Source: Faecousia sp. (GTDB taxonomy: Bacteria > Bacillota > Clostridia > Oscillospirales > Oscillospiraceae). Taken from it: 32,000 bases of DNA. The translations under genes and the position numbers were made by a program. The stretch is from contig JAZNTI010000042.1 of assembly GCA_045591725.1 (NCBI GenBank), positions 11,464-43,463 of the forward strand, in the 5' to 3' direction. This document shows positions 9,430 through 16,747 of this stretch, in pieces. Each line of letters opens with the position of its first letter. Position 1 is the first letter of the stretch. The notes beneath the pieces were generated by a model. The model was not told where the DNA came from. It did not search any database and worked only from the letters and a program-made list of their open reading frames with translations.

Positions 9430-10752
9430 TTGGACACTTTAATTTCCAATGTCACCATCGTGACCATGAACGAGCGCATGGACATCCTCTTCGGCGCATA
9501 TTTGGGCGTCGCTCAGGGAAAAATTACATACATCGGCAAAACCGCACCGGAAGAAAAGCCCGAAACCATCATCGACGGTACGGGCATGGTCGCCATGCCG
9601 GGTCTTATCAACTGCCACACACATCTGGCTACCACCGCGCTGCGCAATTACTGCGACGACCTCACCGCCGCACAGGCGCTGGAAGAGCAACTGAAGAAAG
9701 AAGCACGCATGGACAGCCGCAGCGCCAAAGCCGCTGCCACGCTGGCCATTGCCGAGTGTTTGCGCTTTGGCGTCACCTCCGTTTCTGACCTTTACTACTA
9801 TCCTGAAGCCACCGCCGAAGCCGCCGCTGACGCGGGCATCAAGGCAAACATTGCCCTGTCCGCCTACCGTTTTATCGACCAGTGCGAAGACTTCGATTTC
9901 GACACCGATGAGCAATGCCAGGAACTGCGCCGCGTAGCAGAAAAGTGGAACGGCTATGACGACGGCCGCATCCGCATCAATGCCGGCATTCACGCAGAGT
10001 ATACCAGCAACCACAAATTGTGGGAAGGTCTGGTTGGCTACGCCGCTGAACAAAATCTCGGTATGCAACTGCATCTTGCAGAAACACAAAAGGAAGTGGA
10101 CTCCTGCCTGGACCGCAGCGGTCTGACTCCGGCGGAACTTTTAAACTGCCACGGTGTTTTCAATGTGCCCGCAACCGCCGCAGGCTGCGCCTGCCTAAGC
10201 GAAGAAGATATGGCCCTTTTGGGCAAAAAGAAAGCCACCGCTGTGGCCTGCCCTCTCTCCGCCGCAAAATCCGGTCAGCCGTCCGCCAATGTCAGCGCCT
10301 GCGTGAAAAACGGCATGAATGTGGCGCTGGGTACCGGCGGCGCATTGGATGCCGGTAATCTTGACCTCTTTGAAGTTATGCGCGGTGTTTGCCTTGCGCA
10401 GCGGGCAGCCGCCGGCGATGCAGCCGCACTGCCTGCAGCAGCCGCGCTAATGATGGCCACCACCTGCGGCGCAAAAGCCCAGGGGCGCGCCGATAACACC
10501 GGTATGCTGAAAGAAGGCTACGATGCAGACCTCTGCCTTGTGGACTTTTCCGCACCCCATCTGATCCCCTGCCACAATGTTTTGAGCGGTCTGGTTTTCA
10601 GCGCCAAGGGCGGTGATGTTGCCATGACCATGGTCCGGGGCAAGATCCTTTACCAAAACGGTCAATTCCCCACCATCGACCTGAATAAAACCGTGGAAGA
10701 ACTCACTACCTATGCCATTGACCGGCTCTTTGCCGAGAAAGGAGCGGAGTAA
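9430..10752 (+). CDS. Amidohydrolase-family deaminase (MtaD / chlorohydrolase-like)
   Basis: 440 aa with the GLINCHTHL (HxH) metal motif. The start is TTG, preceded by AAAGGAAAGGAAG. Confidence 0.8.
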   Translation: MDTLISNVTIVTMNERMDILFGAYLGVAQGKITYIGKTAPEEKPETIIDGTGMVAMPGLINCHTHLATTALRNYCDDLTAAQALEEQLKKEARMDSRSAKAAATLAIAECLRFGVTSVSDLYYYPEATAEAAADAGIKANIALSAYRFIDQCEDFDFDTDEQCQELRRVAEKWNGYDDGRIRINAGIHAEYTSNHKLWEGLVGYAAEQNLGMQLHLAETQKEVDSCLDRSGLTPAELLNCHGVFNVPATAAGCACLSEEDMALLGKKKATAVACPLSAAKSGQPSANVSACVKNGMNVALGTGGALDAGNLDLFEVMRGVCLAQRAAAGDAAALPAAAALMMATTCGAKAQGRADNTGMLKEGYDADLCLVDFSAPHLIPCHNVLSGLVFSAKGGDVAMTMVRGKILYQNGQFPTIDLNKTVEELTTYAIDRLFAEKGAE

Positions 10753-10754
10753 CC

Positions 10755-12353
10755 ATGGCTGAATCCCCTAAAAAGCAGTCATTCCTGCACGGCACCATGC
10801 TGCTGGCCATGTCCACCGCCATCGTCAAGGTCATCGGCGCGTTCTATTCCATTCCCCTCAACGCTATCATCGGTGAGCAGGGCTTCAGTTACTACTCCAC
10901 CGCCTACGAGATCTACACGCTGCTTTTAATGATCTCCACCGCGGGTCTGCCCGTTGCCATGAGCCGCATGATCTCCGCCGCCCACAGTTTGGGTCATTTC
11001 AAGGAAGTGCGGAAGATCTACACTGTCAGCAAGACCATTTTCCTGACCCTGGGTCTCATCGGCACGCTGCTGATGACCCTTTTCTGCAAGCAACTGGCGA
11101 ATTTCCAGGAGCAGCCGGACGCATGGGCAGCCATCGCCGCCCTGGGACCGAGTTGTTTCCTCATCTGCCTTATGAGCACCTACCGGGGCTTCTTCCAGGG
11201 GCAGAGCAACATGACCCCCACCTCGGTCTCTCAGGTGCTGGAGGCCATTTGCAAACTCATCGTGGGCATCGCTGCCGCGGTGCTGATTTTGTGGTACACC
11301 AAGAGTTTCTCTCTGGCTGCCGGCGGCGCCATTGCAGGCGTGACCATGAGTTGCCTGCTGTCTTCCCTTTATCTGAACCACTGCTTCCGCAAGGTCTATA
11401 AGGACCTGCCGCAGTCCAATGAGCAGGTTTCCTCCGGAAAAGACATTGCCAAAGGTCTGCTGGCCATTGCCGTGCCCATTACCATCGGCTCTGCCGGTCT
11501 GCAACTGCTGACCGTGCTGGAGACCAAGATCTATATGAGCCAACTGCTGCAGACCCTGACCCAGGATCAAGCGGATCTGCAAAAGGGCATCTACAACTTC
11601 ACGCAGAAGATCTTCAATATGCCCTGCGCATTTATTACCCCTATTACCATCAGCGCCATTCCCGCCATCACATCCTATCTGACCACCGGTGACCACGCTG
11701 CCGCCAAAGAGACCGAAGAATCCGCCGTACGCGTCACCGGTCTGATCAGCGCACCCTGCGCTGTGGGCCTGGCCGTGCTGGCAGAGCCTGTTACCGGTCT
11801 TTTGGGCAGTTACACCGGCGAAAGACTGGTGCTGGCCACCAGTTTGATGACGGTGCTGGGCATCTGCATCGTATTCAATGCCATCGTGCTGCTGACCAAT
11901 GCCATCATGCAGGCCCACGGTCATGTAAATCTGCCGGTGATCAATATGTTCGTTGGCGGCATTCTAAAACTGGTGGCGGTATTTATCCTCACCGGCAATC
12001 CCAATATCGGCATTCTGGGCACGCCCATCGGAAGTTTGCTTTGCTATCTGTGTATCACAGTGCTGAACCTGTTTGCCATTCACCGGGTACTGCCCAATCC
12101 CCCCGCCATCGTACGCAACCTGATGCGCTCGGTGCTGGCAGCGCTCATTATGGGCGCCGTGGTATTCGGCTGCTGGCAGGGCATCCTCGCGCTGCTGGGC
12201 AGCGATGTCAGCCGTGTCATCGCCTGCGGCGTGCCGATCCTGGCCGGTGTTGCAGTCTATGTATTTGCCGCCGTGAAACTTAAAGCCATCACCAAGGCGG
12301 ACTGCCTGCTGCTGCCCAAAGGCGAAAAAATCGCAAAATTGCTCCATTTGTGA
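10755..12353 (+). CDS. MOP-superfamily flippase (MurJ / SpoVB / YabM-like polysaccharide biosynthesis protein)
   Basis: 532-aa protein with about 14 TM segments. The N-terminal LLAMSTAIVKVIGAFYSIPL segment is typical of the SpoVB/MurJ family. It lies upstream of hup and yabO, as in other Firmicutes. Confidence 0.8.
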   Translation: MAESPKKQSFLHGTMLLAMSTAIVKVIGAFYSIPLNAIIGEQGFSYYSTAYEIYTLLLMISTAGLPVAMSRMISAAHSLGHFKEVRKIYTVSKTIFLTLGLIGTLLMTLFCKQLANFQEQPDAWAAIAALGPSCFLICLMSTYRGFFQGQSNMTPTSVSQVLEAICKLIVGIAAAVLILWYTKSFSLAAGGAIAGVTMSCLLSSLYLNHCFRKVYKDLPQSNEQVSSGKDIAKGLLAIAVPITIGSAGLQLLTVLETKIYMSQLLQTLTQDQADLQKGIYNFTQKIFNMPCAFITPITISAIPAITSYLTTGDHAAAKETEESAVRVTGLISAPCAVGLAVLAEPVTGLLGSYTGERLVLATSLMTVLGICIVFNAIVLLTNAIMQAHGHVNLPVINMFVGGILKLVAVFILTGNPNIGILGTPIGSLLCYLCITVLNLFAIHRVLPNPPAIVRNLMRSVLAALIMGAVVFGCWQGILALLGSDVSRVIACGVPILAGVAVYVFAAVKLKAITKADCLLLPKGEKIAKLLHL

Positions 12354-12362
12354 AAATAATCC

Positions 12363-12391
12363 TTGCTTTTTGGCTAATATTATGATAATTT
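12363..12391 (+). promoter_or_regulatory. Putative promoter of hup
   Basis: TTGCTT (12363..12368), a 17-nt spacer, then TAATTT (12386..12391) preceded by TGa (extended -10). Confidence 0.3.
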
Positions 12392-12430
12392 GAACTTGGA
12401 AATTCCCAATAATTGAGAGGAGAAACAACT

Positions 12431-12706
12431 ATGAATAAAACCGAACTGATCGCTGTTACCGCCGAGAAGGCCGGCATTACCAAGAAGGATGCAGAGCGCA
12501 TTCTGAACGCTGCTATCGACGCTGCAACCGCCGCTCTGGTCGCTGGTGAGAAGGTCCAGTTGTCCGGCTTTGGCATCTTCGAGACCAAGTCCCGTGGCGC
12601 CCGCACCGGCCGCAACCCCCACACCAAGGAAACCATCGAGATCCCCGCTACCCGCGTCCCCGCTTTCAAGGCCAGCAAGGCTCTGAAGGACGCTGTGGCA
12701 AAATAA
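12431..12706 (+). CDS. hup: HU family DNA-binding protein
   Basis: MNKTELI...GFGIFETKSRGARTGRNPHTKETIEIPA is the classical HU signature. The ATG at 12431 is preceded by GAGAGGAG; the ORF-track start at 12413 is an upstream extension. Confidence 0.95.
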   Translation: MNKTELIAVTAEKAGITKKDAERILNAAIDAATAALVAGEKVQLSGFGIFETKSRGARTGRNPHTKETIEIPATRVPAFKASKALKDAVAK

Positions 12707-12709
12707 TGC

Positions 12710-12949
12710 ATGCGTCTTGACAAATATCTGAAGGTCTCCCGGCTCATCAAACGCCGCACCGTCGCCAACGAGGCTTGCGACAACGGCCGCATCAGCGTCA
12801 ACGGACGCGTGGTTAAAGCAAGTTACGAGGTAAAAGTGGGCGATAAGATCGAGATCGCACTGGGCACCCGAACTGTGGCAGTGGAAGTTTTGCAAATCGC
12901 AGAAACGGTTCGCAAGGACGATGCCGCAGCAATGTACAAAGAGGTATAA
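12710..12949 (+). CDS. S4-domain RNA-binding protein (YabO-like)
   Basis: 79 aa. MRLDKYLKVSRLIKRRTVA is the S4 alpha-L motif. Confidence 0.85.
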   Translation: MRLDKYLKVSRLIKRRTVANEACDNGRISVNGRVVKASYEVKVGDKIEIALGTRTVAVEVLQIAETVRKDDAAAMYKEV

Positions 12950-12951
12950 AG

Positions 12952-12988
12952 AAAACGGAGTGGGCAATGCCCACTCCGCTTTTTATTT
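12952..12988. terminator. Bidirectional intrinsic terminator between convergent genes
   Basis: A 10-bp stem CGGAGTGGGC (12956..12965) / GCCCACTCCG (12969..12978) is flanked by AAAA on the 5' side and TTTTTATTT on the 3' side. Confidence 0.85.
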
Positions 12989-13501
12989 GTCGAATTTCCG
13001 GATCACTTTGGTCAGCGGCACAAACAGCACCGCCACCGTCACCGCTGTGCAGATCATCTGCGGTACCAGCACAGGCAGCGACTGCAAAAAATAGACTTTT
13101 GCCGCGTTGGCATGAAACCCATAGATCAGCGGCGTAAGAACATTATCCATCATCGTGAAAAGCACGGTAAAAACCACCGCCAACGCCACGACGGTAATAT
13201 GTCTTGCAAACGAGATCTTCCCAGCAAATCTCGCCCCCAGCCAGCCGAAGAACACAGCGAACAAATTATAATAGATCAGGTACAGCACGATGACATTGAC
13301 CTGAAAACCAAATATGAAACACCGCAGCAGCGAAAACACCGTGGCGATGGCCAAACCGGTGCGGCTGCCGTAGCAAAAACACATGCAAAGCAGCATCACC
13401 GTGACAATCTCCACGCCGGATATACCGCTAAGCGCCACCTGTCCGCCAATGAGCATGGCGACGCAAATTGCCACGCGGACGATCAATCTTGTTTTGTTCA
13501 T
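12983..13501 (-). CDS. Small polytopic membrane protein, probable ECF-type substrate-binding S component (CbrT-like, cobalamin)
   Basis: 172 aa with about 5-6 TM helices. It starts 3 nt after the DUF4430 lipoprotein gene and is transcribed behind the cobalamin riboswitch. Confidence 0.6.
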   Translation of the reverse strand: MNKTRLIVRVAICVAMLIGGQVALSGISGVEIVTVMLLCMCFCYGSRTGLAIATVFSLLRCFIFGFQVNVIVLYLIYYNLFAVFFGWLGARFAGKISFARHITVVALAVVFTVLFTMMDNVLTPLIYGFHANAAKVYFLQSLPVLVPQMICTAVTVAVLFVPLTKVIRKFDK

Positions 13502-13504
13502 TGC

Positions 13505-13924
13505 TTAGAAACTCTGATATACCCAAATATAGAGTTGATCCGGCTTGATCTTCAGGGTCTCCGCGCCGGAGATGGCAGAGCCGTAGGCTACACCGTCATA
13601 CTCCACAGTGCCCCATGCAGTATTGGCGTTTTCCGCATCGCTGGTATAGAGCATCCAGCAACTGCTGAAATCCGCAGGATTATCGATGCCGTTGACAGAT
13701 GTGACCATGCCATCGGTAAGGCTGTAAACCAACTCCCCTTTTTCTGCCAACTGCGCCATATAGTCCACCAGCAGCATATCCGCATCCGCGGCGAGACCCG
13801 TGGTCTTAATGACGATGCAATGCTCGGAGTCCTTAATGACCAAAGGCTCCGCTTTACAGCCGGCCAGCAGGCTCACGACCGTGATCACCGCGATAATGGC
13901 GATCCATAACTTCTTGTTTTTCAT
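13505..13924 (-). CDS. DUF4430-like (transcobalamin-like) lipoprotein
   Basis: The ATG at 13924 is preceded by GGAGGGA. The signal peptide carries the lipobox LLAGC. The C-terminal CWMLY...DQLYIWVY pattern resembles DUF4430. The longer ORF-track version (to 14125) runs through the riboswitch and is an artefact. Confidence 0.75.
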   Translation of the reverse strand: MKNKKLWIAIIAVITVVSLLAGCKAEPLVIKDSEHCIVIKTTGLAADADMLLVDYMAQLAEKGELVYSLTDGMVTSVNGIDNPADFSSCWMLYTSDAENANTAWGTVEYDGVAYGSAISGAETLKIKPDQLYIWVYQSF

Positions 13925-13934
13925 AATATATCCC

Positions 13935-13977
13935 TCCAAAAATAAGAATGCTGCGGCGCTAAAATTAGCGCCGCAGC
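13935..13977 (-). terminator. Riboswitch expression-platform terminator
   Basis: An 11-bp stem GCTGCGGCGCT (13950..13960) / AGCGCCGCAGC (13967..13977) is followed on the minus strand by ATTCTTATTTTT, immediately upstream of the RBS. Confidence 0.75.
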
Positions 13978-14029
13978 CGTTTTTCTGCGACAAACGCAAC
14001 ACCCTGTAATCGCGCAGGATGCGGGAAAA

Positions 14030-14235
14030 ATGCCCTTCGTAGGTCTTCTGACTCATGCTTTGCAGTTCTGGGTAACTGCGGCGCTCTGCCTTCCCGGGGA
14101 GACCCCAGTGACTGACTTTCGTCATAAGAGCGCCACTGGCATATACAGCGGCGGTACCGTTCAGGATTCGAACCTGATTATCTTGTTCAGCGGCATCGGT
14201 TCATCGCCGAAGCCGCCACGAAGCGCTATCCAGTT
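14030..14235 (-). promoter_or_regulatory. Cobalamin (B12) riboswitch
   Basis: The minus strand carries GGTTCGAATCC (14174..14164) followed by ACGGTACCGCCGCTGT (to 14145). This matches the conserved GGTGnnAATCC...CCCGCCACTGT core. The B12 box AGTCAGAAGACCT lies at 14053..14041. Nested hairpins (GGCGCTCT/AGAGCGCC and GCAGTT/AACTGC) sit in between. Confidence 0.8.
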
Positions 14236-14245
14236 GTCAAATAGT

Positions 14246-14274
14246 ATTATAGATGTTTTTAGTATTGGTGTCAA
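14246..14274 (-). promoter_or_regulatory. Perfect-consensus sigma-A promoter driving the riboswitch operon
   Basis: Minus strand reads TTGACA (14274..14269), a 17-nt spacer, then TATAAT (14251..14246). It overlaps the stop codon of the upstream J-domain gene. Confidence 0.75.
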
Positions 14275-14918
14275 CAGTAAAAACATCCGCCGCGGCAGCA
14301 AAAAAGATTCACAAACCAGCAAAGCAGCATACTGAAGCACGGCGAAGCGCGCATGGTAAAGCCGCCAAAATTGCCAGCCTGCCGTCGGTAAGTATTGCCG
14401 CCATGCTGGATGCGTTCCAGCGTGAACAAATACTCCTGATTATCCGGCTCCATAGATACCGCCTTGCGGATATGCTCCAGCGCGGTTACTTGATTGCCCA
14501 GGCCATTATTGGCAAGGGCGCTGATATAGTACCACCGGGCATTGCGGTTTTGGGAATTGCTCAGAATGTTCAGCGCCTCCTGATAGCGCCCCATGCGGAC
14601 ATAATTGTAGGCGCCCTGTTGATACTGATCGCCGCTTTCCTGCCGGGTCTGACGGCTGTAGCCGCCGTAAGGGCCGTAACCGTAGCCGCCGAAAGGATCT
14701 TGTCCATAGCCGCCGTAATTTTGCTGATTACTGGTTGCATCCGGGTTTTTGATCTGTTCATAAGCGGCATTGACTTCCTGCATTTTCCGTGCAGCCTCTT
14801 TGTCCCCGGGGTTGAGGTCGGGGTGATATTTCTTCGCCAAACGGCGGTATGCCTGCTTGATCTGCTCGTCCGTGGCATCGCGGCTGACGCCTAAGACCTT
14901 ATACGGATCACTGATCAC
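14271..14918 (-). CDS. J-domain protein with G/Y-rich linker, TPR-like region and Cys-rich hydrophobic tail
   Basis: The GTG at 14918 lies 7 nt after GGAGGA and overlaps the upstream stop (GTGA). The J domain is DPYKVLGV...[11 protein letters not shown]...AYEQI with an HPD motif. It is followed by [21 protein letters not shown], then TPR-like helices. The last 22 aa contain 6 Cys. Confidence 0.8.
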   Translation of the reverse strand: MISDPYKVLGVSRDATDEQIKQAYRRLAKKYHPDLNPGDKEAARKMQEVNAAYEQIKNPDATSNQQNYGGYGQDPFGGYGYGPYGGYSRQTRQESGDQYQQGAYNYVRMGRYQEALNILSNSQNRNARWYYISALANNGLGNQVTALEHIRKAVSMEPDNQEYLFTLERIQHGGNTYRRQAGNFGGFTMRASPCFSMLLCWFVNLFCCRGGCFYC

Positions 14919-15745
14919 TGCCCTTCCTCCTTTGCTTTTGTTTTCATGTGCGCAAGGCTGCACCAAACGCCGCTATAAAGAATATTATCCAAAATCTTCT
15001 TATCCTGCACCAGCGGCAATTTTTCAAATTCTTCCGTACAACTGCCCATGGCCAGCACCAGATAATTCTCCCAGCGGGGCCAGTCGTAGCCGGTCTGCAT
15101 GGCGATAAAGGGATTGTACGCGCCCATTTTCACATCCCGGCGGTAGTCCACCGCCGCGTCCGCCAAGTAGATAAATCTGCCCAGCGCCATGCCCATTTTC
15201 CGCAAGGTAGGCGCCCACAGATCTTCTTCATAGACCATTAGTTCCGCCATCAGCGCACCGAAGCAATTGGCGGTCTCATCGGCGCTGGAGCAGTTCTCCT
15301 TTTCCAGTGCCGAAAGTTTGGTGATGCACTCTTCCATGGCCCTGCACTGCCGGGGATACTGCAAAACGACGGATGCCAGTTCCTTACCGAACACACCGGC
15401 CATCATTTTGGATGTCAAGCGCCCCTCGTCGGCATAATCGTCCGCCGCCTTGTAGTAGGCAAGGGCGATGTTCATGTCCGCAGCGTAGCGCACATAGATA
15501 TTGTCCACCCACGGTTTGGGGTACACAGGATGGGTCACACAGACATTTCTGCCCTGCTGCTCCTTTGGTTCATAAAGGCTCATCAGCAGCAACGCCAAAA
15601 ACGCCATATCATACTGCAATCCCAGGCGGGCCATTTGGTTGGCGCGCTGCCGGATGCCGCGGCAAATACCGCAATATACCGCGTTATAGCGCTTTCTTTC
15701 CTCCGGGGACAATTCTTTTAAATTCGCATTGATCAGTCCGAACAT
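14915..15745 (-). CDS. DUF5685-like protein of unknown function
   Basis: 276 aa; the ATG is preceded by AAGGAGG. The N-terminus [31 protein letters not shown] resembles the DUF5685 family as I remember it; this was not verified by a search. The protein looks all-helical and has two Asp-rich motifs. Confidence 0.7.
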   Translation of the reverse strand: MFGLINANLKELSPEERKRYNAVYCGICRGIRQRANQMARLGLQYDMAFLALLLMSLYEPKEQQGRNVCVTHPVYPKPWVDNIYVRYAADMNIALAYYKAADDYADEGRLTSKMMAGVFGKELASVVLQYPRQCRAMEECITKLSALEKENCSSADETANCFGALMAELMVYEEDLWAPTLRKMGMALGRFIYLADAAVDYRRDVKMGAYNPFIAMQTGYDWPRWENYLVLAMGSCTEEFEKLPLVQDKKILDNILYSGVWCSLAHMKTKAKEEGQ

Positions 15746-15809
15746 GGCGCACCTCCTTTGTATCTATACTACCACAAGGCTGTGAACTAGGCATGAACAT
15801 GGAAAATAT

Positions 15810-16667
15810 TTACTGTTTTTTGCTTTGCTCCATTAAAATACGGTTCAGCGCACCGCCGTAAAACACGATGGAAAGGCAAAAATACAGCCAAAGCATGCTC
15901 AGCGCCACAGCGTACACCGAGCCGTAAATGCCCGAATACCCGGAAAAATGCTCCACATAGAACGAAAATCCTCTGGTGAAGATCAGCCATCCGGAAGATG
16001 CCAGCACCGCACCGGGCACGCTCTGCCGGAAGGTATTGCGCCGGTTGGGAAGCACCATAAATACGGCAGTAAACAGCGCTGTCTGAAAAGTTAGCATCAG
16101 CAAAAAACGCAAATCCACCGCACCCGAAAACAGCGCGCCCAATTTTCCTGCGGCAGGCGGAAGATAATCCAGCAGCATCTCACCGAACACCCCCAGCACC
16201 AGCGTCAAAACCAGCACCAGCAAAAACAGAAAAGTGTAAGCCATGCAGATCAGCCGGGTATAGAAGTAGCCGCGGTTTTCCTCCACCCCGTAGATGGTGT
16301 TCAGGCCGCGGAGCACCCCATAGATGCCCCGGCTGGCAGACCACAGCGCGCCAATTGCGGAAACGCCCACCACCGCTGCACCGGTATGGGCATAGGTGCT
16401 GACAATGAGTTTCTCCGCCGCGCTCATCAGCGCCGCCGGCACGAAGCCCTCCAGAAGCGACAAAAGGTCATGGGCATCCATATTGGTATAGCGCAGCAGC
16501 GAAAACAGCAGCACCAGCACCGGAAAAACCGAAAGCACGATAAAATAACCGGCTCCGGCAGCATGGCTGGGGATCTGCATTTCCTGCAGCCGCTTGAGCA
16601 AGGCGCGGGTCTTGCCGATCAAGCCACCCATTTCGTAAAACTCCAATGCCACCCCTCCTTTCTGCAT
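15810..16667 (-). CDS. YihY/BrkB family membrane protein
   Basis: 285-aa, 6-TM protein with the family-typical AGAGYFIVLSVFP segment. The start is uncertain: ATG at 16667, or TTG at 16646 which lies 7 nt after GGAGG. Confidence 0.8.
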   Translation of the reverse strand: MQKGGVALEFYEMGGLIGKTRALLKRLQEMQIPSHAAGAGYFIVLSVFPVLVLLFSLLRYTNMDAHDLLSLLEGFVPAALMSAAEKLIVSTYAHTGAAVVGVSAIGALWSASRGIYGVLRGLNTIYGVEENRGYFYTRLICMAYTFLFLLVLVLTLVLGVFGEMLLDYLPPAAGKLGALFSGAVDLRFLLMLTFQTALFTAVFMVLPNRRNTFRQSVPGAVLASSGWLIFTRGFSFYVEHFSGYSGIYGSVYAVALSMLWLYFCLSIVFYGGALNRILMEQSKKQ

Positions 16668-16692
16668 CCTTAATAGAATATGCAGCCGAAGG

Positions 16693-16735
16693 GAAAAAAC
16701 ACCGTGCCCGCCACCCTTTTTAGGCGGCAGGCACG
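16693..16735 (-). terminator. Intrinsic terminator after the DAK2 gene
   Basis: An imperfect stem 16703..16712 / 16722..16735 (CGTGCCCGCC / GGCGGCAGGCACG) is followed on the minus strand by TGTTTTTTCCC. Confidence 0.55.
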
Positions 16736-16747
16736 ATAAAAATGCGC

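Noticed and set aside
10926-11924. 332-aa ORF antisense to the MurJ/SpoVB-like flippase
   Set aside because: It is a Gly/His/Gln-rich reverse-frame artefact with no motifs.
12289-12967. 170-aa and 195-aa ORFs antisense to hup and the S4 gene
   Set aside because: HU and S4 are unmistakable on the plus strand. The antisense ORFs cross the intergenic gaps.
13925-14125. N-terminal extension of the DUF4430 lipoprotein ORF (ORF-track start at 14125)
   Set aside because: The extension runs through the riboswitch and its terminator and has no RBS. The ATG at 13924 has a GGAGGGA RBS and is followed directly by a signal peptide and lipobox.
14137-14240. A tRNA-like T-arm (minus strand TCAGGTTCGAATCCTGA), suggesting a tRNA gene
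   Set aside because: No matching acceptor stem, D-arm or anticodon arm can be built around it. The GGTTCGAATCC...CCGCCGCTGT context, together with a downstream B12 box, fits the cobalamin riboswitch core instead.
14253-14894. 213-aa plus-strand ORF opposite the J-domain gene
   Set aside because: The minus-strand frame encodes a canonical J domain with an HPD motif and is coupled to the upstream gene. The plus-strand ORF has no RBS or motif.
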